Part shown: positions 1-8,033 of the stretch, piece by piece
How positions within the stretch are numbered: the first letter of the stretch is position 1
How the letters are laid out: each line of letters starts with the position of its first letter
Source of the DNA: Longimicrobiales bacterium
Lineage (GTDB): Bacteria > Gemmatimonadota > Gemmatimonadetes > Longimicrobiales > Gaopeijiaceae
NCBI GenBank assembly: GCA_965238005.1
Contig: OZ250165.1
Location: 3,968,001 to 4,032,000 of the forward strand
Length of the DNA: 64,000 nt
Direction of reading: 5' to 3'
Position numbers and translations under genes: made by a program
Notes under the pieces: model-generated
Told to the model about the DNA's origin: nothing
The model's database searches: none
The model's input: the letters and a program-made list of their open reading frames with translations, nothing else

Positions 1-1
1 C

Positions 2-358
2 CTAGGTGCGCTCTCCCCGCTCGATGACGACGCCCACGTCGGTCGCTCCAGTGACCGCACCGGGCTTACTCACTCGCAGGCGCAGCCAGGTCACGCCGAA
101 CTCCTCGCGTATGATGTCCGAGATTCTCTCAGCCATCGTCTCCACCAGCAGAAACTCGGTCCCTTCGACGAAGGCGATGAGCCGCTTGGCCACCCCCTTA
201 TAGTCTATCGTGTCCGCAATATCGTCGCTGTCGGCCGCCCTACGGATATCGGTGGCCATCTCGAGATCGAGACTCACGGTCTGCCGAGCCTCGCGCTCCC
301 AGTCGTTGATCCCGATGATGGTGTCGATTGTCAGGTCACGGATGTACACAATGTCCAT
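2..358 (-). CDS. folB: Dihydroneopterin aldolase
   Basis: MDIVYIRDLTIDTIIGINDWEREARQTVSLDLEM...DTIDY...LVETMAE...VSKPGA matches FolB; ATG at 358 has a GGAGG RBS. Confidence 0.95.
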   Translation of the reverse strand: MDIVYIRDLTIDTIIGINDWEREARQTVSLDLEMATDIRRAADSDDIADTIDYKGVAKRLIAFVEGTEFLLVETMAERISDIIREEFGVTWLRLRVSKPGAVTGATDVGVVIERGERT

Positions 359-516
359 ATGGCCTCCTGGGCTAGTATGGTGTCCCAGGAGTGTCTCGGC
401 CATTGATCTCGCTCCGCTCGATCGTCTCGCGGTCAACTCGGCGCTCACGGCGAGCATGAAGGTCTCTCGGCTCGAGCACCGATGCATCCGGTCCGGCGCC
501 TCGGCACTCTCGGTGG

Positions 517-769
517 ATCGCGACCATCTACCGCACCATCAAAGCACTACTGAGCGAAGGGTGGCTGCATCCCGTGGAGCTTCCTGGCGAGCCGCCTCGC
601 TACGAGCGGGGCGGGCCGCCCCCACCACCATCACTTCATCTGTCGGGAGTGCGACCAGGCGTACGACGTGAAGGCATGCCCCGAGGACGCGGAGCGACTG
701 GCGCCCGCCGGTTTCCTGGTGGAGGCCCACGAGCTGGTACTCTACGGCCGTTGCCCCGGATGCTGTTGA
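517..769 (+). pseudogene. Fur-family (Fur/Zur-like) regulator remnant, 5'-truncated and frameshifted
   Basis: IATIYRTIKALLSEGWLHPVELPGEPPRYER from 517, then after one extra G at about 608-611: AGRPHHHHFICREC...HELVLYGRCPGCC* (TGA 767-769). Has the Fur TxYR helix, HHH and two CxxC motifs. No start codon or N-terminal ~40 aa (in-frame TGA at 457-459). Confidence 0.8.
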
Positions 770-1980
770 CCCATCGACCAAGCCCCGAGTCGTGGTCCCT
801 CCTCCTCCGAGATGGGCCGTCCGTCCAGCTCCTCGATGGTTTTGATCGAGGGACCGCGGGTCCTTTGGATCCTGCGCGCCGCGGACTCGGCCTCTCTCCA
901 TGCCCGCAGGACGTTGCCGCCCGCGAGCTTGGCCAGATCTTCCTCGCTCCACCCCCGGCGCGAGAGCTCGGCGAACAAAGCCGGGAAGGTCGACACGTCC
1001 TCCAGCCCCACCGGAGTGTCGGTTATCCCGTCGAAGTCCGACCCGATGCCCACATGGTCGACCCCTGCGACGTCACGGATGTGCTCGATGTGGTCCGCCA
1101 CGTCGCCTAACGTCGCCCTCGGCGCGTCTCCTGGCCCTTCGTACGTGCGCGTGGCCTCGGAGATGAACACGGGAACGAACGTGATCATGACGACCCCGCC
1201 GTTCTCGGGAAGCCTGCGCAGCACCTGATCCGGCACGTTCCGCCGGTGATCGGTCAGGGCCCGGGCCGACGAGTGGGAGTAGATGACCGGGGCCTCGGCC
1301 ATGTCCAGAACGTCGTTCATCGTCTCCGGTGATGTGTGGGAGAGATCCACGAGCATCCCCAGGCGGTTCATCTCACGGACGACCTCTCTCCCGAACTCGG
1401 TGAGGCCGCCGTGCTCCGGCTCATCGGTTCCGGAGTCCGCCCAGTCGTTGTTGCCGGAGTGGGTCAACGTCATATAGCGCGCACCCAGATCGAAGTAGGC
1501 CCGCAGCGCGCCCAGCGAATTCTCGATGGCGTGACCGCCCTCCATCCCCAGAACCGAGGCGACCTTCCCCTCGCCGTAGATCCGCTCCACGTCCGAGACC
1601 GAGTAACCCTGCTCGAACACATCGGGGTACTTCCGGATGACTTGCCGTGCGATGTCGATCTGCTCGAGCTGATACCGGGCCGCTCCCTCGTCCACCGACT
1701 CCATGGGGATGTAGACCGACCAGAACTGAGCCCCCACCATGCCGGCGCGCAGCCGCGCGATGTCCGTGTGACCCGAGGTCGTGCGGCGCAGGTCGTAGGC
1801 CGCCACGTCGAAGGGCGCGTCCTCGTCCTGTCGAATCGCCCACGGCAAGTCGTTGTGACCGTCGAAGAGCGGCATGGTGGCCAACACCCGCCGGGCCTTC
1901 TCCAAATGCTCGTCCTGAGCGTGGACGGCGGTCGCCGCCATCAGTCCTACCGAGAGGATCAACCACGTACGCTTCATCAT
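742..1980 (-). CDS. Membrane dipeptidase (peptidase M19), secreted
   Basis: Signal peptide; DGHNDLP, EGGH, VDLSH, SHS and GSDFDG motifs of the renal dipeptidase family. Confidence 0.93.
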   Translation of the reverse strand: MMKRTWLILSVGLMAATAVHAQDEHLEKARRVLATMPLFDGHNDLPWAIRQDEDAPFDVAAYDLRRTTSGHTDIARLRAGMVGAQFWSVYIPMESVDEGAARYQLEQIDIARQVIRKYPDVFEQGYSVSDVERIYGEGKVASVLGMEGGHAIENSLGALRAYFDLGARYMTLTHSGNNDWADSGTDEPEHGGLTEFGREVVREMNRLGMLVDLSHTSPETMNDVLDMAEAPVIYSHSSARALTDHRRNVPDQVLRRLPENGGVVMITFVPVFISEATRTYEGPGDAPRATLGDVADHIEHIRDVAGVDHVGIGSDFDGITDTPVGLEDVSTFPALFAELSRRGWSEEDLAKLAGGNVLRAWREAESAARRIQRTRGPSIKTIEELDGRPISEEEGPRLGAWSMGQQHPGQRP

Positions 1981-2142
1981 CACTCGGCACCTCATTCTTC
2001 CAAGGGGAGACAATCGTTACGCCCCTCGGGAGGGCTTAGCAAGGGAGCGGGCGGGAAAGACAACCTGACCCATCGGGATCCACAGGATCTCATACTGCAG
2101 GAGGCCGTGCGGATCGCCACCGGCTGGCCGGAATCGCAGGGG

Positions 2143-3366
2143 TCAATCAGGCCCGAACAGCTCCGTGCTGTCGGGAGCCAGAGCGCGGAGGTACTGCTTG
2201 AGCGCGCTGTGTTCGCGACTGTCTATGTCCACGATGGAGATCGCCAGCTCGTACAAGTCCTGCTCGTGCTGGTGGGCGCGGATGACCCGCCCATGCGCGC
2301 TCACTTTCCGGCTGTGGTCGGGAAGTATCAGCGTAAACTCTACGAGGGCGTTCACAGGTACGGGGCGATCTACGGTGACGCGTAGGCTGCTCTCGCTGAT
2401 GTCCAGCGTGGAAAACGGCCGGCTTTCTTCCTCGAAGACCCGGTATTCACCCTCAAAGACGGCATTGATCCGCCGGTGCGCCCGACGATTGGAGCCATAG
2501 AGTTGGACCTGGTTCTTGCCGCGGGCCTTGGCGACATACATGGCCCGGTCCGCGCACCGAATGAGGTCATCGGTAGTCACGGCATCGAGGGGATAGTTCG
2601 CGACTCCAAAGCTCATCGTGACTCGGTGCATGGGGTCGTCGGCCGACAACTCGAGGTCGCCGATGGCTTCACATACCCGATCGGCAACCCCTGCTGCATC
2701 GTCCTTGGATGTTTCGGGCATGATGAGCACGAACTCCTCACCTCCGTAACGCGCCGTAACGTCTTCTTCCCTGGCGGCCTCTACCAGCGTGCGCGCAACG
2801 ACTCGGAGCGTCGCGTTTCCTTGGGTGTGGCCGAACCGGTCGTTGTAGTCCTTGAAGTTGTCGATGTCGCCCATGGCGATCGAGAAGGATCCACCGTGTC
2901 TTTCGCAGCGGTGCACCTCCCAACCCAGATATTCCTGGAAGAAGCGAAAGTTGTGGAGACCGGTGAGGTCGTCTCTGTACGCCGAGGCCTCGGTCTCCTC
3001 GAAGACCTTGAGCTCGATCAGCTTCGGATTCTGGAGCTGACGGTTCACCTGCACGAAGTAGCTTACGAGCGCTACGGATACATCGACCTCGGACTCGAGT
3101 GCCTCCTCCATGGCTTCCCGATGGCCGATCACCGCGCGCCAGTGCCGTTCCGCCTCCCCCTCCTCGAAACGTATGTGTGAGAGCAGGTAGAGCAGCTCGG
3201 AGTACACTAACGCTCCCTCGCTCTGAGCGAGAGCCTCGAGCTCGGCTACCAGACGGTCGAGTCCGAGATCGTCGCGGTAGAGAAGGGCGTAGATAGCTTC
3301 TGTGACTTCCGGACGCCATGGAACGATGTCGGCGTCCGGAGGTGGGTCGGCTGGGTCGATTGACAT
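2143..3366 (-). CDS. Diguanylate cyclase (GGDEF) with C-terminal PilZ domain
   Basis: DDLTGLHN, DIDNFKDYNDRFGH, REED I-site and ARYGGEEF; C-terminal RRAHRR...DISES PilZ signature. Start could be 3396. Confidence 0.9.
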   Translation of the reverse strand: MSIDPADPPPDADIVPWRPEVTEAIYALLYRDDLGLDRLVAELEALAQSEGALVYSELLYLLSHIRFEEGEAERHWRAVIGHREAMEEALESEVDVSVALVSYFVQVNRQLQNPKLIELKVFEETEASAYRDDLTGLHNFRFFQEYLGWEVHRCERHGGSFSIAMGDIDNFKDYNDRFGHTQGNATLRVVARTLVEAAREEDVTARYGGEEFVLIMPETSKDDAAGVADRVCEAIGDLELSADDPMHRVTMSFGVANYPLDAVTTDDLIRCADRAMYVAKARGKNQVQLYGSNRRAHRRINAVFEGEYRVFEEESRPFSTLDISESSLRVTVDRPVPVNALVEFTLILPDHSRKVSAHGRVIRAHQHEQDLYELAISIVDIDSREHSALKQYLRALAPDSTELFGPD

Positions 3367-3446
3367 CCACGCTCCGAGAAACGATGGGTCCAGCAAGATG
3401 AACTACGAGAGGGCCCTTGGCAAAGCCTTCGGCCACCGACGGGTAG

Positions 3447-5060
3447 TCAGTTCGACCCGCCGGCCTCGTCGGATATGGGACGGCTCGGAGGATAGTCCAC
3501 GCCCAACTGCTCCAGATACGTATCGTACTTCTCGGGATCGTAGCGGAGCTTCTCGAGCATGGGGCGGAAGCGCTCCATCTTCTCCGCGTTGAGGAACGTG
3601 GGAGGCGCCGTCCCCTCGGGGATCAGGGACTCCCACTGGTAGTCCTTGGTAGTCACCTCCCGGTGGTAGGTCCAAGCCTCCTCCACCAGATCCGGATCGT
3701 TGGCGAGCTCCACGGCGGTCATGGCGATGACCCGGGCGCCGTAGTTGGCCCCTTGATGCGCGATGGGAGTCGCCATTGCGATGCCACTGGACCAGTGATG
3801 CCCTGTCATGCCCGGGATGTTGCCGGGGTAGCGGAGGCGGATGGTCGGTAGATTCCAGGAGAGCTCTGCGATGTCATCGCTCCCTCCGCCCATACCCTGG
3901 TCCGACTCCTCGAGCTCCTCTTTCACCTCGGTGGGGAGGCCGTCCCTCTCGTCCGCCTCCATCATCCGCTGAGCCGCCTTGGCCAGGGCCTGGTCCCCGT
4001 CGCTCCACTCCGGCATCCCCACCGCCACCAGGTTCGCGTGCATCCGCTCGGCCAGAGGCTTGCTCATGTTCGACGGCCAGGCGGCGCCCAGGACCCGCTC
4101 GGTCACCTCGGTGTTGGTCATGAGCGCGGCACCCTCTGCCATCTTCTGACCGATCTCATGAAGATCCTTGATGCGGGAGTAGTCGAGCTCCCGGAAGTAG
4201 TACCAGACAGAGGCCTCGGACGGGACTACGTTGGGCTGATTGCCACCGTTGGAGATGATGTAGTGTGAGCGCTGTTGAAGCCTCAGGTGCTCTCTCCGGA
4301 AGTTCCAGCCCACGTTCATGAGCTCCACGGCGTCGAGGGCGCTGCGGCCCGCCCACGGCGAGCCCGCTCCGTGGGCTGACTGGCCGTGGAAGGTGAACAT
4401 GGTCGAGACCAGTCCCGAGCCCGAGATGCCCCAGGCGGTGGTGAAGTTCCGGCTGATGTGTGACGAGAGCATTACGTCCATGTCCCCGAACAGACCGCTG
4501 TTCACCATTTACGTTCGGCTCGACACCAGCTCTTCTGCCACCCCCGGAATCACCTTGAGGGTGCCGGTGAGCCCGTGCTTCTCCATCACCCTCTTGGCGG
4601 CGATGACGCCCACGACGTCCACGGCCGCCGCGCTGTTGTGGCCCTCACCATGGCCCGGCCCGCCCTCGATGAGCGGGTCGTGGTACGGAACACCGGGCCT
4701 CTGCGAGGTCTCGGGAAGGCCATCGATGTCACCCATGAAGCCGATGACCGGGTGACCGCTTCCCCACGACGCCACATAACACGTGGGCATGTCGGAGCAG
4801 CCCGTCTCGATGGTAAAACCCTCCGCCTCCAGGATTCCAGTGATGTACTCCATGGTCCAGAATTCCTGGAATCCGAGCTCCGAGAAGGAGAAGATCATGT
4901 CCACCATCTCCTGGGAGAGCTTCTCCATGGAGATGACCTCCTTGAGCGCCTCGTCCTTCAGGTCGTCGGTGGACTGGCCGGCCGACGGAGCAGGGAGAAG
5001 GGTGAGGGTGAGGGTGAGGCAGATGGAGACAGCGGGGAGGGGACCGTCTAGGCGTGCCAT
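3447..5060 (-). pseudogene. Secreted M20 amidohydrolase (AbgB-like) interrupted by one in-frame TAA
   Basis: ORFs 4509-5060 and 3447-4508 are in the same frame, separated only by TAA at 4509-4511 (AEELVSSRT*MVNSGLF). Motifs ELGFQE, GHGEGHN, AEE, AHGAGSPW, GGSDD, GHHW. Confidence 0.8.
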
Positions 5061-5148
5061 CGAATTTCTCCTTGAGCGTCATATCAAGTAAGAACGGCCA
5101 ATATCGACGGCAACACAGTGCGACGGCAAGACGCCGGGGCGCCACTCG

Positions 5149-5217
5149 CCTGGGTGGGGCCCCGTGATGTACCTGGGTGGGGCCCCGTGATGTACCTGGG
5201 TGGGGCCCCGTGATGTA
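5149..5217. repeat. Perfect tandem repeat, 3 x 23 bp (CCTGGGTGGGGCCCCGTGATGTA)
   Basis: Copies at 5149-5171, 5172-5194 and 5195-5217, no spacers. Confidence 0.97.
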
Positions 5218-5246
5218 CTACTGGGCCGACCGGTCGTCGCTCTGGC

Positions 5247-5789
5247 CTAGACCTCGGTGGTGGGAGCACCCCTGAGGAGAGCCATGCCAAGCCCTCCGGC
5301 GAGACCGATCATGAGGCCGATCACGCCCCAACCGGCGCCGCTCATGGAGCGCTCGATGATCATCTCGTCGGCCCGGGCCGGAGACGCCTCCGCCTCATCA
5401 TGCCCGGCGGCCTCTTCACGGCTGTGCTCGGCCACCGCCGGCGCCGAGGCAGCCAGGACCGTGATGTCCAGGGCGGTTGCCCGCTCGCCACTGGGCTCAT
5501 AGGCGACCACCTGGTAAGCGCCGGGCCGGGCGTCGGCGGGAATCTCGAGGTCGATGGTGAAGCCACCCTCGTCGTTGGCCGTCGCCTCACCGAGCGGATG
5601 CTCGTCGAACACGCCCACGAGGACCAACGACACGGTCATGCCATCCTGGAAGTCCGCACCCACGAGCGGAAGGACCTGACCGGCCTCCACCGACTCCAGC
5701 GCACTCTTCAGAACGGCTCCGTGAACCGCAGCCATCAGGACTGCGACCAAGGCCAGCGACCCTACGTTACCGACGATGCGTGCAGACAT
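5247..5789 (-). CDS. Hypothetical exported protein with C-terminal membrane anchor
   Basis: N-terminal signal-like hydrophobic stretch, beta-rich core (GGFTIDLEIPADARPGAYQVVA) and C-terminal TM helix; GGAGGGAG RBS; 18 bp downstream of the cytochrome b gene. Confidence 0.8.
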   Translation of the reverse strand: MSARIVGNVGSLALVAVLMAAVHGAVLKSALESVEAGQVLPLVGADFQDGMTVSLVLVGVFDEHPLGEATANDEGGFTIDLEIPADARPGAYQVVAYEPSGERATALDITVLAASAPAVAEHSREEAAGHDEAEASPARADEMIIERSMSGAGWGVIGLMIGLAGGLGMALLRGAPTTEV

Positions 5790-5807
5790 GTCCTACTCCC
5801 TCCTCCA

Positions 5808-6812
5808 TCACATGATGTGCTCTTGAACCTCTCCGAAGACACCGTACAGCCAGAGACCCAGTATAATGACACCCAACACGATTCCCATCCACCCCACCCA
5901 CCCGTGCCGGCCCGGCGTGTCGTCCTCGCGTCGATCGAGCAGCGGTACCGCCATCAGGAAGAGGAAGACGGCCGTGGGGCCGAGGACAAGCCCCCATGCT
6001 CCCAGCAGGTTCTCCAGGCCGTACACCCAGAGCACGGGCCAGAAGGGCTTCGTAATCTCCACGCCCGGCACCGCCGGGTAGCCGATCCCCTCCGGGGCCA
6101 GAACGGCCAGGACACCCAACCCCGCGAAGAACAGGAGGCTGTATCCGGTCAAACGCGTGGCATGACCTCGGAATGGTCCTGTCTGCGATGAGTCGGCGTG
6201 AATCCCCAAATGACGGATGAGCCAGAAGTGAAGCGCGATGAGCGCCACGAGCATTAGGGGCAGGAGGCTCGTATGGAGGCTGAAGATCCGCGACAGGAGC
6301 GAGGTGCTCGGCGTGAAGTCGTCGGTGAAGAACGCACCGAAGGCTCCCGTCATGTTGCCACCGGCGACGAAGTGGAGCAGTGCCTCGAACCCCTCTTGAT
6401 CGTATCGCAGAGTGGTTCCTGTCACCACCAGCAGAAAGATGAGGGCGGCCATGAGCACACCGGCCCACCACGTCATCTCCCGGGGCCGCTTGTACGACCG
6501 TCTCCAGAAGACGTAGGCCAGATGGGCGGTCACGGTCACCACCAGGGCACCGGACGCAAGGAAGTGCAGGCTGCGAATCCAATCACCGAGAGGAGCACGA
6601 CTGATGATGTAGAGGATGCTGTCGTGGGCGCCTTGGGTCGTGGGATTGTAGAACTGGGCCATGTACAAGCCCGTGACGATGATCACCACGATGAGGAAGG
6701 CGGTCATCCCCCCGAGCATGTACTTCCAGTCGGCCGTGGACTTCGGTACCTCGTAGTCGAGGGCACCGATGGCAAGACGTTCCTCGAACGCTCCACGCAG
6801 CTTTCCGCTCAC
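5808..6812 (-). CDS. Cytochrome b (bc/b6f-type, PetB/QcrB-like)
   Basis: TGLYMAQFYNP; haem His pairs IRSLH...TAHL and FSLH...ALHF; YKRPREMTWWAG; GTG start. Confidence 0.9.
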   Translation of the reverse strand: MSGKLRGAFEERLAIGALDYEVPKSTADWKYMLGGMTAFLIVVIIVTGLYMAQFYNPTTQGAHDSILYIISRAPLGDWIRSLHFLASGALVVTVTAHLAYVFWRRSYKRPREMTWWAGVLMAALIFLLVVTGTTLRYDQEGFEALLHFVAGGNMTGAFGAFFTDDFTPSTSLLSRIFSLHTSLLPLMLVALIALHFWLIRHLGIHADSSQTGPFRGHATRLTGYSLLFFAGLGVLAVLAPEGIGYPAVPGVEITKPFWPVLWVYGLENLLGAWGLVLGPTAVFLFLMAVPLLDRREDDTPGRHGWVGWMGIVLGVIILGLWLYGVFGEVQEHIM

Positions 6813-6948
6813 GCGCTCTGGTCTCGATTACAGGGATGCGTCGGGATCTCGTCCCACGACATTGGAGACTAGGCTACGGAGGGGAGGATCGACTAGGCAA
6901 GTCCGACCGTCCGGCGGTGTCGGGTGGAGCTCACCCCCTACACCGCGA

Positions 6949-6981
6949 GAGAGGCCGAAACCACACGGGTCTCGGCCCCTC
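6949..6981 (-). terminator. GC-rich hairpin directly downstream of the putative 6S RNA
   Basis: Minus strand GAGGGGCCGAGACC-CGTGT-GGTTTCGGCCTCTC; no clear U-tract. Confidence 0.55.
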
Positions 6982-6983
6982 GA

Positions 6984-7134
6984 AGCGTACCAGAGGGGAA
7001 TTATTGAAGCCCAAGGACACTTTTGGTGACTACCCGCTGGGTTCAGCCTTCCCCTCTCGGGGCATGACGTCGACCGGCAGAGTCAGTCCCGGCTTCACGG
7101 GTGTTGGCTCAATAAACGAGCCCCCCAGCACGCC
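6984..7134 (-). ncRNA. ssrS: Probable 6S RNA
   Basis: About 151 nt rod-like fold by eye: closing stem GGCGUGCUGGGGGG/CCCCUCUGGUACGCU; stem UUAUUGAGCC/GGCUUCAAUAA; central bubble; GACU..ACUCUGC/GCGGGUAGUC; apical CCCC-GAGA-GGGG. 6S-like UUGAGCCAACAC...GGGA and UGAACC motifs; own promoter and downstream hairpin. Confidence 0.7.
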
Positions 7135-7141
7135 GGTATCG

Positions 7142-7171
7142 AATATAGGCTGGCTTCGGCCTCTCTGTCTA
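7142..7171 (-). promoter_or_regulatory. Sigma70-type promoter for the putative 6S RNA
   Basis: Minus strand TAGACA-N18-TATATT, ending 7 nt before the predicted RNA 5' end. Confidence 0.6.
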
Positions 7172-7514
7172 GCTAGAGAATCGGCCCCGCTCGACGAGGC
7201 CCAGGGCGTCGTCGAAATCCTCGACGCCCGCGCTCTTCTGCGCACTTCTTGCCGATTTTGATCAAAACTTCCTGCCGCCCTGCGCCGAATAAACCCCTGG
7301 ATTAGCAGGGTCCTCTGGGCGTAAAGATATATTTCCCAAGAAGTTAGGCATGTTCTCCACAGACGTGCCGCCTACTGCCGATCGAGTCGGCACGGGTCTT
7401 CCATTGGTGACCTCCCGAACGGGCACGAAGAGTCGCTCTGATAAGGCATAGGACATGAGAACGCGCATACATGCAGATGGCTGGCTGGACGTATCGGACC
7501 GGCGCCGAGTGAGG

Positions 7515-7914
7515 ATGCCCGGGAATCACGAAGTGGCCGTGGACCCGGCACCTGTAGCCGAAGCTCTGGCGTTTCTCCTCTCGCACAGCTTTCCAGGGTA
7601 CCGCAGGGTGATCCGGTCGATGAACGAGGCAGACCGAAAGCTGATCCAGCTCGCGATGTGGGCCAACTCGGTCAACGAGCGCATGGGACTCGTCGATCGG
7701 GTTTGGCGTCGAATCACCGAACCAGCAACCCCCCCCCAACGACCAGGAGCGACCGGAGCTGATCCAGGTGGTGCGGTACGGAAGCGCATGGGCGTACCCC
7801 ATCTACCTGGATGGCTCGGTCACTCGAGTGCTGCCTCACGGTGGAGTAACCGTGCCGGTGAAGGACAAGGAATTCCGGCGCCAGGAGATCCAACTCACGA
7901 TGGACAGCGCGTAA
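7515..7914 (+). CDS. Hypothetical protein with a frameshift in a C9 tract
   Basis: MPGNHEVAVDPAPVAEALAFLL...ITEPAT. Removing one C from 7729-7737 continues as PPNDQERPELIQVVRYGSAWAYPIYLDGSVTRVLPHGG...MDSA* (TAA 7912-7914) with coding-like codon usage. Alternative start 7455. Confidence 0.6.
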
Positions 7915-8033
7915 TCAGCTACCCGGCTGAGCCCGGCGTGTCGACTTCGTTATTGTGCCGCTGACTCCCTCGAGGCAAGGGCGAATATTGTGGCCGGTGC
8001 GAAGCACGGTGCGTCGGGCGACCAGGTCCGGGC

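Noticed and set aside
4509..4511. Selenocysteine/pyrrolysine recoding in the M20 gene
   Set aside because: The stop is TAA, not TGA or TAG, and it is not at a Cys position.
5149..5217. CRISPR array
   Set aside because: Repeats are contiguous with no unique spacers, and there are no cas genes in the window.
7030..7468. Two short minus-strand ORFs (71 and 68 aa)
   Set aside because: No family motifs; the region is better explained by the 6S-like RNA and promoters.
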